Shown: positions 1-8,897 of the stretch, one piece after another
How positions within the stretch are numbered: the first letter of the stretch is position 1
Layout: each line of letters opens with the position of its first letter
IMG/VR virus record: IMGVR_UViG_3300037258_001099
Location: 64,001-128,000 of that record
Direction: 5' to 3' (one strand)
Length of the DNA: 64,000 nucleotides
DNA from: a virus
Notes under the pieces: model-generated
The model's input: only the letters and a program-made list of their open reading frames with translations
Database searches by the model: none
What the model was told of the DNA's origin: nothing
Made by a program: the position numbers and the translations under genes

Positions 1-2
1 CC

Positions 3-185
3 TCTGATAGCATTGTTATGTTACTCTCATGCAATAAGGCCCATATTTTGGCCGATCTTCTGCTCTCAAAGCTCACCCTTTGGCTGGCTGATATTCCAGC
101 GCTTCCTGTGGAGCAGCGAGCAGTACTACAAAATATTGTCTCCCTCTACCAGGAAGGTGTGAAAGGACAGTGGAAATATGCTTGA
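3..185 (+). CDS. 3' end of a hypothetical protein (truncated by window edge)
   Basis: Open frame from base 3 to TGA 183-185, overlapping the tmk start (translational coupling). Confidence 0.55.
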   Translation, partial: SDSIVMLLSCNKAHILADLLLSKLTLWLADIPALPVEQRAVLQNIVSLYQEGVKGQWKYA

Positions 186-813
186 ACGTGGCTATTTTAT
201 TTCATTTGAAGGGATCGATGGGGCAGGTAAATCTACCCAGGTGAAGTTGCTTCACGACTATTTAGTGGGCCGTGGTATTCCCACCCTTATGACTCATGAG
301 CCTGGAGGGACAACACTTGGCCGTGAACTACGCTATCTTCTCATGAGTGCAGATGCAAAGATGGACCCGCTTGCTGCAATGTTTCTCTATCAGGCCGATC
401 GCGCTCAGCACTTTGAGACGGTCGTTATCCCGCATCTCGTTATGGGTGACATGGTGCTCACCGATCGCTGTTATGACTCCACTGTGGTTTATCAGGGCTA
501 CGGGCATGGCATTGACCCAAAATTGATTGATCATATCAGCCTTCTAGCCATGCATGGCTTTATGCCACAACTCACCATCTATCTTGACCTTGATCCAGCA
601 CTTGTGTGGCAGCGCAAACGCGATAACAACCCGCTCTCCTACGATTGGGCACCAGCAGCCTTTCACGAGAGGCTACGGGCTGCCTATGTGGATCGTAAGA
701 CGAAAGACCCTGATCGCATCAAAGCTATTCGCGCAGACCAGCCACAAGAGAAAGTCCATGCTGAAGTAGTGAGACATGTTGAGGAGCTTTTTGCAAGGAG
801 GCACCATGATTGA
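178..813 (+). CDS. tmk: Thymidylate kinase
   Basis: FISFEGIDGAGKSTQ P-loop, EPGGT, LTDRCYDSTVVYQG motifs. Confidence 0.95.
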   Translation: MLERGYFISFEGIDGAGKSTQVKLLHDYLVGRGIPTLMTHEPGGTTLGRELRYLLMSADAKMDPLAAMFLYQADRAQHFETVVIPHLVMGDMVLTDRCYDSTVVYQGYGHGIDPKLIDHISLLAMHGFMPQLTIYLDLDPALVWQRKRDNNPLSYDWAPAAFHERLRAAYVDRKTKDPDRIKAIRADQPQEKVHAEVVRHVEELFARRHHD

Positions 814-1300
814 TGTCTATCCTGGTATCTATGTTGGTAGTGACAAGGATTACAATGAGTGGGCCTCCCACGGGAGTGGCTTTGCTATTGTCCATGCAGC
901 TAAAGAGCCATGGCATAGAAAGGCCGTAGGCTATCGGGGCCGAGGATGTCCAAAGGATAGCCCTGAGTATCTGGTGGCTAGACGTGACCACAGACTGATG
1001 CTCAACATGATCGACACTGAAGACCCTACCTATGTGCCAATGGCGATGATCTGGCAGTCGCTGAAATTCATCGAAGAGCATCACGAGGCTGGATACAAAG
1101 TCCTCATAGCTTGCAACAAGGGAGAGTCTCGCGCTCCATCCATCGCTATGCTCTATCTGTCCGCTTGGCTCAAAGTTATTCCAAATAAAACAATAGAGGA
1201 GGCTGAAGATCATTTTGTCGAGCTCTATCCCAATTACCATCCAAGGTCTGGTATCCGCCTTCATCTCAAGGAAAACTGGGAAAGGTATCGCAACGAATGA
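806..1300 (+). CDS. Dual-specificity/tyrosine phosphatase-like protein
   Basis: CX5R loop ACNKGESRAPS; N-terminal IYVGS; ATG 806 follows AAGGAGG. Confidence 0.8.
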   Translation: MIDVYPGIYVGSDKDYNEWASHGSGFAIVHAAKEPWHRKAVGYRGRGCPKDSPEYLVARRDHRLMLNMIDTEDPTYVPMAMIWQSLKFIEEHHEAGYKVLIACNKGESRAPSIAMLYLSAWLKVIPNKTIEEAEDHFVELYPNYHPRSGIRLHLKENWERYRNE

Positions 1301-1839
1301 AACTTTTTGAGCATATACGGCATCCCTATACCCCAAAAAATATCAATGAAATCCATGACGACCAGCTTGGTGTTGGAGACAAAGTTTCTGATAGCGTGGC
1401 TGCAACTATGGGGAGTTGGCGATTCATTATCATCCAGGGAAGTCTTCTCATTATCTGGATTATCATCAACACCATCGCCTTTTTTGCGCACTTTGATGGC
1501 TATCCGTACATTTTGCTCAACTTGGCCCTATCGTTTCAAGCGGCCTTCGCTACTCCGATAATTTTGATGTCACAGAACAGGCAATCCTCCAAGGATCGGC
1601 TAACTGCTGAGCATGATTACCAGATCAACCTCAAATCAGAGCAAGAGACTAGGCAACTTATTGCTCACCTGGATGAGCAGGATAAGCAACTTCTCCTGGC
1701 CTACGAAGAGCTGATCAAGCAGACATCTATGCTGATCTCGCTCCTTGAGCACAAGGATATGCCAACAATTCCGAAAACAACTGTTTCCGAAATTAATGAT
1801 GTTGAATCCTATAATGATTCCAATACGCCAAAGCCTTAG
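1297..1839 (+). CDS. DUF1003-family membrane protein
   Basis: MGSWRFII...FDGYPYILLNLALSFQAAFATPIILMSQNRQ signature; two TM helices. Confidence 0.85.
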   Translation: MKLFEHIRHPYTPKNINEIHDDQLGVGDKVSDSVAATMGSWRFIIIQGSLLIIWIIINTIAFFAHFDGYPYILLNLALSFQAAFATPIILMSQNRQSSKDRLTAEHDYQINLKSEQETRQLIAHLDEQDKQLLLAYEELIKQTSMLISLLEHKDMPTIPKTTVSEINDVESYNDSNTPKP

Positions 1840-1977
1840 TTTGCTGCTGTAAAAAATTATATTTGCTTGCTTTATGATGTAATATATTTTATAATGGTAG
1901 AGGTAACTAAATACTGTTGCCCCCGCGATGCTGATACATCCAGGGGCGTGAGTCAATTCTGTTTAGGAGAATTAACT

Positions 1978-2901
1978 ATGCATAGTGTAACACCTCATGA
2001 CCAAAACGACAATCCTCCAGAAAAAGCTTGCACAGGTCTTTGTGGACGTACCCTTCCGGCTACCGCCGAATTTTTCCATAGAGGGCAGAAGAATAAGAGC
2101 TCACTAGCCAGCAAATGCAAGGAATGTGTAAGCAAAGCCAAGAAAGAATATTATAGTCAGACTCGCGTTAAAGAGCATAAACGCACCTATGACAAAGTCC
2201 GTAATAGTAATCCAGAAACGCACGAACATATTCTCGCTTTAAAGAGAGTTTCTGACAACCGTCCTGATGTACATAATCGAAAAAAGCAGCGCGACAAGGA
2301 CTATCGTACTCGTTCAGGAATACGAGAACGCAAACGATCCTATGCTGAAAGATACCGTAATAGCCCAGAAGGACAGAGATATAGATACGATTATCGTAAC
2401 CGCCCAGATGTAAAGGAGCGCAGGAAAGCTTTGTGCAAAGTCTATCGCAACCAGCCAGCGATTCGAGTAAGAATACAGAACTGGAAAAGAGAGTATTATA
2501 GCCGACCTGACGTTCGTGAGAAAGTTAGACAGAACCGACGTATCTGGCAGGAAAATTACTTTAGTAATCCAGAAAAAAAAGAAATGAGAATTGCTAGAGT
2601 TCGTAATCGTCGAGCTAAGAAGAACTCTATTCCTGGTGTTCATACTCCCCAACAAATCCAGGAACAATTAACTCGACAAGAACACAGGTGCTACTATGCT
2701 GCCTGTGGTTACTCCAAGTTTGATCAAATTAATGGTAAATATATCTACCATGTTGATCATACATTTCCAATAAGTAGGGTAGCAGGGACTGATATTCCTG
2801 CAAATAGCATTGAGTACTTGGTGTTAGCTTGTCCTGCCTGCAATATGAGTAAAGGAAATAAATTCCCATGGGAATTCCCTGAAGGCGGACGACTTTTATA
2901 G
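1978..2901 (+). CDS. HNH endonuclease-like protein with basic tandem repeats
   Basis: C-terminal CYY..C, HVDH, CPACNMSKG; N-terminal Cys pairs; ATG 1978 follows AGGAG. Confidence 0.8.
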   Translation: MHSVTPHDQNDNPPEKACTGLCGRTLPATAEFFHRGQKNKSSLASKCKECVSKAKKEYYSQTRVKEHKRTYDKVRNSNPETHEHILALKRVSDNRPDVHNRKKQRDKDYRTRSGIRERKRSYAERYRNSPEGQRYRYDYRNRPDVKERRKALCKVYRNQPAIRVRIQNWKREYYSRPDVREKVRQNRRIWQENYFSNPEKKEMRIARVRNRRAKKNSIPGVHTPQQIQEQLTRQEHRCYYAACGYSKFDQINGKYIYHVDHTFPISRVAGTDIPANSIEYLVLACPACNMSKGNKFPWEFPEGGRLL

Positions 2902-2904
2902 GGA

Positions 2905-2932
2905 AAAGGGGAGCTCGTAAAATCTCCCCTTT
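2905..2932. terminator. Bidirectional intrinsic terminator
   Basis: AAGGGGAG...CTCCCCTT stem between convergent genes. Confidence 0.6.
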
Positions 2933-3620
2933 ATTTTAAGTTATAGCACTCGCACTGCATATTTTTGCATTGGCTAAAAGATACTCTCCATTTTATCCAA
3001 AATAGCATTGCAGCTTTTTGTAAATCGGTATCTAGATATCGTTCAGTTTCATGAGGGCGTCCTGGCTTGGGACGGTTCGTTGTCTCAATCTTCTCTTTAT
3101 TTGGGCCAATACCATCCTCAACATGATGTCTCCATGTGCTTCGTTTAATGCCGTGCATTTCTGCGAACTTTGAGCCAAGGATGGAGCCCTCTGGGAGATT
3201 GCTTTGTACTGGCTTTGCCGCAACACCCTCGGCTTTGAAGGTATAGGAGTCAAGATCTTCTGGTTTCAGTATGGGGGCGATGCGCTGTTCAAGACTTGCT
3301 ACTCGCCCTTCGAGAATAGCTATTGCCACCTTGAGCTCACCAATCTCCGCTTCTAGCTCCTTTCTGGTAGTATCCTGGAAGAGTACTTCCTCTCTAGGAG
3401 GTTCTAGAAAGCCCATAATCTGGGATGTGGTGAGAAAGCTTGATCGCTCTTCTTCCCAGGCTTTTTTAGCACGCTCAACCTCTTCCAGGGTAAATCTGAG
3501 CTTGCCCTGTGGGGTACGATCGCCTGTGATCCAGCCTTCATCGTAGCGTTTCTTGAGGGTCTTGTAGGACATTCCAATGAGTCGTGCGGCCATATCTCCG
3601 CCTACGAACTGTTGTGTCAT
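2931..3620 (-). CDS. MerR/excisionase-like HTH DNA-binding protein with coiled coil
   Basis: AARLIGMSYKTLKKR..EGWI...RTPQGKLRF; second HTH-like segment FAEMHGIKRSTWRHH. Confidence 0.7.
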   Translation of the reverse strand: MTQQFVGGDMAARLIGMSYKTLKKRYDEGWITGDRTPQGKLRFTLEEVERAKKAWEEERSSFLTTSQIMGFLEPPREEVLFQDTTRKELEAEIGELKVAIAILEGRVASLEQRIAPILKPEDLDSYTFKAEGVAAKPVQSNLPEGSILGSKFAEMHGIKRSTWRHHVEDGIGPNKEKIETTNRPKPGRPHETERYLDTDLQKAAMLFWIKWRVSFSQCKNMQCECYNLK

Positions 3621-3687
3621 GGTGTGCTACTTTCTTCTAGTAGTAATCGGTAGGTTCTAGAAGGATTATAGCACGCACTGGCAAAAA

Positions 3688-3716
3688 GAAACCGTGAGAA
3701 TCATTCTCACGGTTTC
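3688..3716 (-). terminator. Intrinsic terminator of the par operon
   Basis: 13-bp perfect stem GAAACCGTGAGAA-tca-TTCTCACGGTTTC followed by a T-run on the minus strand. Confidence 0.8.
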
Positions 3717-3734
3717 CTAGGACAGTCTTTCTAT

Positions 3735-3998
3735 TTAGTCTGGATCTCCATAGACATCTAGGTTTTCGTCACTAATATTACTGGTGATAAGATCATGTCT
3801 ACCATTTGACTTGATGAAGTCATCAAGATTTTGGTTAATGCGATTCTGCTCAGACATCTGATATCGTTCTTTTAGGAGATCATGGATCAGATCGGCAACA
3901 CTTATCCCTCTTTGTCTGGCCTCTTCTTGGTAAAAATTTGCAAAATCTGACCCATCCTGCATGGGGATGGAAACCTGTCGTATTTCTTCATTTTTCAT
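3735..3998 (-). CDS. ParR-like ribbon-helix-helix adaptor 2
   Basis: Small, third gene of the parM operon; paralog of 4013-4321 (FYQEEA...LKERY); acidic C-terminal tail. Confidence 0.55.
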   Translation of the reverse strand: MKNEEIRQVSIPMQDGSDFANFYQEEARQRGISVADLIHDLLKERYQMSEQNRINQNLDDFIKSNGRHDLITSNISDENLDVYGDPD

Positions 3999-4012
3999 GG
4001 TAGTTTTCCTTT

Positions 4013-4321
4013 CTAGTCTTCTATGCCGCCAAGGGCATCCAATAACTGATCATCTGCTGGAGGAGTAGGATCTTTTCTATTCTCCTCCAGCTTAGTTGCT
4101 TTTTTTAAGGAAGAGGGGACCGTAACGATCCCTCCTCCAGGCCAATATGTAGAGTGCTGAACCTTCTCGGTCATTAAAAGGTAACGTTCTTTTAAGATGC
4201 TGTGAAGTAAGCTTGTGACGCTACCAGCCTCTCTTCTTGCGGCTTCCTCTTGATAGAATCGCTCTAGTTCTGAGCCCTCTTCCATTAGGATGATAAACTG
4301 GCGAGTCCCTTGCTTTCTCAT
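4013..4321 (-). CDS. ParR-like ribbon-helix-helix adaptor 1
   Basis: Coupled to parM (ATGA overlap); beta-strand-helix-helix pattern; acidic C-terminal tail. Confidence 0.6.
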   Translation of the reverse strand: MRKQGTRQFIILMEEGSELERFYQEEAARREAGSVTSLLHSILKERYLLMTEKVQHSTYWPGGGIVTVPSSLKKATKLEENRKDPTPPADDQLLDALGGIED

Positions 4322-5508
4322 GATACTTGTCCTACATTCTGATATTGCCCTAAGAGGGCTCTAGCATAGTAGGCTAACCCATCTGCTGTGTCAAACTCAG
4401 GGTGGCTAGAAACGGTGATTTTACGGGCAGGAATACGGGGACGGAAAGCATCTCTAAAGAAGTAGAACCCTCCTCCTACAAAGTAAACAGTTGATGCCTT
4501 TTCTGCAAGCATTCCATCTTTTCCTGCACCTAATCTGCTTGCAAGCTCTGCGGTGATTTGATATCCAACACTATTGCATCCATCCCTTACCCATCTTTCC
4601 ATATCTTCTAGGCTTACTGGTCCCCTATCGCTATTGGTTTCAATGATTGGATACGCAGGTATCTCTCGATGTTCTCTCCCTCTTCCCATTTCTGTAATAT
4701 CAAAGTCATCGTTCTCTTCTTGATATCTTCGTACAGCTATGTATGCACGGAGAATGTCCTCTGTTCTCGCTTGACTAATTTCAACCCCGTACTCATTCCT
4801 TGCTTCACTAATAATATGGTCAGCTATGTTCCTGACACCCTTGTTGATAGTTCCGCACTCAGCACCATCTTGTGCCTTCATTCCTCTTAGGGTGGCATAA
4901 TCGAATGTGTAATATCCACTATCAAAAACGATAGTGTATCGGTCATCCGCTGGAGCATTCCTAATAGCAGGCCCTATTCCCTCGGCGACAATTCTCCCTA
5001 CTTTAAGATCCTGGATGCGAATTTTTCTACCATTGTACTCAATATCGTGTGGGCCATTAAGGTTTCTCTTTACTTTTTCTTTTACTACTGGGTCCGATGC
5101 TAGTGTGAGAGGCAGGCACATGACACCAACAATATTGCACTGAACAATATCCTTGGGAAGTAGGGCTGCTATCCCAGTGAGCACATTCCTTCTGCACTCA
5201 AGAGATGAGTACCTACCTGGATCTGAATGACTCGTGGATGCATCTTTGGAGCGAAAAGCTCGGTCTCCAACAAACCATGATTGTTTGTTATATTTAAGCA
5301 CATGATCTGTCGGTTCAAGAGCATCGATGTCAGCAACAACAGAATTCCCTAGCAGGCTTCTTCGAGACGCAATATCTTCAATCCGCCCTAATTTACTTGC
5401 GCTTGGGAACGTTACCCTCTCGTATACTCCTTGTTCATTAATTCTCACTGCCGTAAAGTAGGAATTTCCATCATCAATTCCTATTGCAAAGGTTGGAACG
5501 TCGGTCAT
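4318..5508 (-). CDS. parM: ParM/StbA-family actin-like partition ATPase
   Basis: Actin-fold motifs IGIDDGNSY, VAEGIG, FDSGYYTFD, FVGGG. Confidence 0.85.
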   Translation of the reverse strand: MTDVPTFAIGIDDGNSYFTAVRINEQGVYERVTFPSASKLGRIEDIASRRSLLGNSVVADIDALEPTDHVLKYNKQSWFVGDRAFRSKDASTSHSDPGRYSSLECRRNVLTGIAALLPKDIVQCNIVGVMCLPLTLASDPVVKEKVKRNLNGPHDIEYNGRKIRIQDLKVGRIVAEGIGPAIRNAPADDRYTIVFDSGYYTFDYATLRGMKAQDGAECGTINKGVRNIADHIISEARNEYGVEISQARTEDILRAYIAVRRYQEENDDFDITEMGRGREHREIPAYPIIETNSDRGPVSLEDMERWVRDGCNSVGYQITAELASRLGAGKDGMLAEKASTVYFVGGGFYFFRDAFRPRIPARKITVSSHPEFDTADGLAYYARALLGQYQNVGQVS

Positions 5509-5572
5509 TTTTCTGTTTCCCTTTCTAAATTTTAATGGAATAGCAATCTATCTTAAAATTGCCATCCAATTC

Positions 5573-5750
5573 TTCTAGAAGTATAGCATACTCTTTTTGA
5601 TAAAACAAGGCTTACTAGTACTAGAACTACTAATGTACTAGTAAGGTACTAGCAACTATTTTGCACTTCGGGATTTTAATTTTAAATTGTGTTTTACGGG
5701 CACTTTTCTAATGGTCTTTCTAGTACTTCACTAGTACCCGTACTAGTAGC
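5573..5750. repeat. TACTAG/CTAGTA repeat cluster, candidate parC centromere near the parM promoter
   Basis: About eight (T)ACTAG(T)A-like units at 5613-5654 and 5720-5749; extended -10 TGCTATACT on minus strand at 5580-5588. Confidence 0.55.
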
Positions 5751-5848
5751 TCCATTTCCCCTCTCATTTGCCCCACTTTTTGACCATACAGTAGAGTATG
5801 CTTTGCTAGCCCCCACTACCCACTAACAAGGGTATGCCAAAAATGAGC

Positions 5849-6042
5849 TTAAAAAAGCCGTCAGGAGCCTGTAGAGCGGTGGCCGCACTTTTGATTTTCC
5901 TCTGGTAGTGAGGAAGGGGGAACAGAAAACCCCCTACCCAGGGGGTTTTGCAGCTATTTTCTTACTCAAAATTGCAAAATAAGTCAGTTTTCTGTCCAAA
6001 ATCCCAGGACGCCGCTCTACAGGCCGTTGACTGGTTTTTTAA
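5849..6042. repeat. ~31-bp imperfect inverted repeat enclosing a central hairpin
   Basis: TTAAAAAA-N10-GCCTGTAGAGCGG at 5849-5879 and its reverse complement at 6012-6042; hairpin AAAACCCCCT-accc-AGGGGGTTTT near 5925-5949. Confidence 0.7.
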
Positions 6043-6051
6043 CAGAAAGGA

Positions 6052-6285
6052 ATGACCATGACAGTCATGGATTACCAATGTCCAGAGTGCAGCCACATCT
6101 GGGAAGTCACACGAGGAATGAAGGACGAGAGCCCTATCCTGTGCCCCTCGTGTAGTCATATCGGGCTTGCCTACTTTGGTAAGATGAACGCATCTGATGT
6201 ACAGTTGAGCTTCGGCTTTCGGCCAGAGAAATATGACAACGATGTGGACAGACGCATCGCCCAATTTCAACATACCCATTTGTAA
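6052..6285 (+). CDS. FmdB-family zinc-ribbon protein
   Basis: DYQCPECSHIWEV...CPSCS. Confidence 0.75.
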   Translation: MTMTVMDYQCPECSHIWEVTRGMKDESPILCPSCSHIGLAYFGKMNASDVQLSFGFRPEKYDNDVDRRIAQFQHTHL

Positions 6286-6293
6286 GGAGAAAT

Positions 6294-6503
6294 ATGAAAA
6301 CTAGCATCCATTCATTTTTTGGGAACGACAATGCTGCTTACCCTGAGAGAGCAATACAGGGAGCAATAGAGCAATCAAATAAGTTTCTTGATTCTCTTCG
6401 GAAAGAATTCCACGCTGTAGAGGTCGATGCTATTACAATGACTCACTTCACCCACGGTGAATTTTTTTCATCTGTCATTACATTGGCAATAAGCACAGAT
6501 TAG
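6294..6503 (+). CDS. Hypothetical protein
   Basis: AAGGAG RBS, in operon. Confidence 0.6.
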   Translation: MKTSIHSFFGNDNAAYPERAIQGAIEQSNKFLDSLRKEFHAVEVDAITMTHFTHGEFFSSVITLAISTD

Positions 6504-6521
6504 GCCGAAGGAAGCATAGAT

Positions 6522-6815
6522 ATGCTAGGAAAGCATCTGAAAAATATCTATGAAGCATTGCAGATTGATAATACGCTCAGTGAGGCACTGCTTCATATGC
6601 TGAACCAGCAACACGTGGAATTTCTTGATTTCCAAAAACAGTGCTACCAACAACAGCAGGACTGGATTGATTGGTGCAAGCAAAACAAAAAAGAGGAAGA
6701 GGATAAGAAAACCCAAGAGAAAGAGGCAGCTCTCCTCGTGCTTAATGAAAGAATCCGCGAGACGTTTACAGATGATGCTAAAGAGCGCTTAGAAGCCGAG
6801 GAAAAGCCCAAATGA
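6522..6815 (+). CDS. Hypothetical coiled-coil protein
   Basis: RBS, ATGA overlap with next gene. Confidence 0.6.
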   Translation: MLGKHLKNIYEALQIDNTLSEALLHMLNQQHVEFLDFQKQCYQQQQDWIDWCKQNKKEEEDKKTQEKEAALLVLNERIRETFTDDAKERLEAEEKPK

Positions 6816-7711
6816 AAATCCTTGCCCTCTATACCGAGTACAATTTCTCGATCCTGCGCCGTGTAAAAGGGCCATTCAGTGTTCTTGCAGAGCGCAATCA
6901 CTCTTTTAACCTGCTCCAGGTGAAGTCCTTCTCGACAGGGCTCTCCTTTGGCTCTGATATCACGGTGCTTGCGAACTGGGAACTTTCCGAAGAGGAACTA
7001 GGAGGGCTGCGCTCAGTTATCCCACACAGAGCTATTGTTGCCGACTGCTCTGACCCTAGGCTCCTCTACAACGAGCTCTACCGCAAGCAGCTCGAAGTGG
7101 TAAGCCTGGTGACTGTTCCCAATGACTGGACGCGTAGCGCTATCCATGGCATTAACCCCCGCGTGGTCGTGGTCCCATCGTGTGTGGACCTTCCCTATTT
7201 TGTCCAGGCTAATAAGGTGAAGATCGCCAAGAACCAACCACTCACCATCGGGTGCCTTGGTCCCTATGATTGGAAGCTGGTGAAGGATGCACTTATTGCC
7301 ATTGCAGAGAAGTATCCCAAGGTAGCTATCTGCGCTGATCAGGGATCGTACCCTATCCTAAGAGATGTGCCACGTATTCTTGGTGTGCAGACCTCAGTCT
7401 ATAATTTACCAGAGGTCATGCGTCATTGCGGCTTTGGTCTTTGCCCCTACGACGGACAGAGCGGCTGGGATGATATCTGGGAATATGAGTATGGCTCGCT
7501 GTGTCGACCAGTCATCAAGCTCCACCCACCTATCTCACAAAACACAGGAGCATGGGTTGCTCGCATCGAAGAGCTGACTAGAGACGGAGCACTTCGATCA
7601 AAACTTGGAAACCAGGCCTTTATCCGAGCAAACGAGCAGCGTACCACCAAGCTTGCCTCCAAATATCTTGCCGCATACCACAAGAAGTTGCCTCAGTTGT
7701 TTCTCGCTTAG
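6812..7711 (+). CDS. Divergent GT-B glycosyltransferase-like protein
   Basis: LVTVPN, VVVVPSCVD, TIGCLG, FGLCP...EYGSLCRPVI, LRSKLGNQA patterns resemble GT4 enzymes. Confidence 0.6.
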   Translation: MKILALYTEYNFSILRRVKGPFSVLAERNHSFNLLQVKSFSTGLSFGSDITVLANWELSEEELGGLRSVIPHRAIVADCSDPRLLYNELYRKQLEVVSLVTVPNDWTRSAIHGINPRVVVVPSCVDLPYFVQANKVKIAKNQPLTIGCLGPYDWKLVKDALIAIAEKYPKVAICADQGSYPILRDVPRILGVQTSVYNLPEVMRHCGFGLCPYDGQSGWDDIWEYEYGSLCRPVIKLHPPISQNTGAWVARIEELTRDGALRSKLGNQAFIRANEQRTTKLASKYLAAYHKKLPQLFLA

Positions 7712-7847
7712 TACCCTCAGAGGAGCACATTGTACTTTCTCTTGCCCTGTGAGGGGGTCACAAGCTGATCCCTTCAACAGATGCTTTCCCCTTCACGGGT
7801 AGTGCCTGCTTGCCTTGCAGGCTTTCCCTCTCGTGGAGAAAAGCTCT

Positions 7848-8885
7848 ATGTCACACACAGCACTCTCTGGAGCGATTGGCTTTGCTAAGCAATCAGCCAA
7901 AGACATCGCCAATACCTCCTACAATTACATGGCCTGCACATCCATTAGTATGGACCCCCAGCAAAATGCACAGGTACTTCCGCCTGAGATCGGGGGCGCG
8001 TACTTCCCGCGTGGGTCCTACAAAGCCTCGATCATGAGTAACGGCACGCTCGGCTTTTTGGTCCGTCCACATAGCATTGGGCATTTGCTCATGATGCTTT
8101 GCGGTGTAGATACCGTACTCACTGATACCCCAGTAGCAGGCGCAAACACCCATACCTTTACGCCGTTTCTGGTCGGCACTGGCAACGATTTGCCTTGGTA
8201 CACCACCGCTAAAGATGAGAGCCAGCTCTGGGCTGAGCAGCACTTAAACACCAGGCTTTCAAGTCTGCAACTCACCGTCCCCAAGTCAAGCATCATGACA
8301 GGGCAGGCAACGCTTGTTGCAACCACACCATCTGCTATCCTGTCATCCTCTCTTGGGGCCAAAACGTTCGACAACAATCCACCCTTCCAGGCGTGTCTGG
8401 CATCGATGAGTCTACAAGAAGAGGGTGGCTCTGGCAACATCTCGGCTAATTCTGTTCATGTGGAGCGCCTTGGCTTTACCTACAACAACAACCTCTCAAA
8501 CGATGAGTTTAGCGTTGGTAGCTTCAGTCTTGACGACATCACGCTGCAACAGAGGACGGTCACGGTTGACATGGATTTCGTGGTGAGAGATCCGGCCATC
8601 TATCAGGCGGTGTATTACAACGGTGGTGCAATCCCGCAGTCTTGGAGCCCCACAATTTATCGTGGGAATTTAAGCGTTGACGCCATTTCTACTGCCAATA
8701 TCGGCGCAACGACCACGCCGTTTTCTTGCCAGTTTAACTTCCCTGGATTGGATTTCTTGATGTTCCCAGCTCCCATGCAGGGTTCTGATGTTGTTCGCGC
8801 CACACTCTCAACACAAGTAACCCTTGGTCCGAGTGGGAGTGATCAGTTTAGCGTGGTGCTTATCAACGACGTAGCTTCGTACTAG
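7848..8885 (+). CDS. Major tail tube protein
   Basis: AIGFAKQS start, NTHTFTP, FTYNNNL, QRTVTVD; lies before chaperones and tape measure. Confidence 0.75.
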   Translation: MSHTALSGAIGFAKQSAKDIANTSYNYMACTSISMDPQQNAQVLPPEIGGAYFPRGSYKASIMSNGTLGFLVRPHSIGHLLMMLCGVDTVLTDTPVAGANTHTFTPFLVGTGNDLPWYTTAKDESQLWAEQHLNTRLSSLQLTVPKSSIMTGQATLVATTPSAILSSSLGAKTFDNNPPFQACLASMSLQEEGGSGNISANSVHVERLGFTYNNNLSNDEFSVGSFSLDDITLQQRTVTVDMDFVVRDPAIYQAVYYNGGAIPQSWSPTIYRGNLSVDAISTANIGATTTPFSCQFNFPGLDFLMFPAPMQGSDVVRATLSTQVTLGPSGSDQFSVVLINDVASY

Positions 8886-8897
8886 AGGAGCTGTGTT

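Noticed and set aside
5613-5750. CRISPR array
   Set aside because: Units are 6-8 bp without spacers; no repeat-spacer array or cas genes seen anywhere
5849-6042. Protelomerase telRL site
   Set aside because: Not a continuous perfect palindrome, and no protelomerase gene in the window
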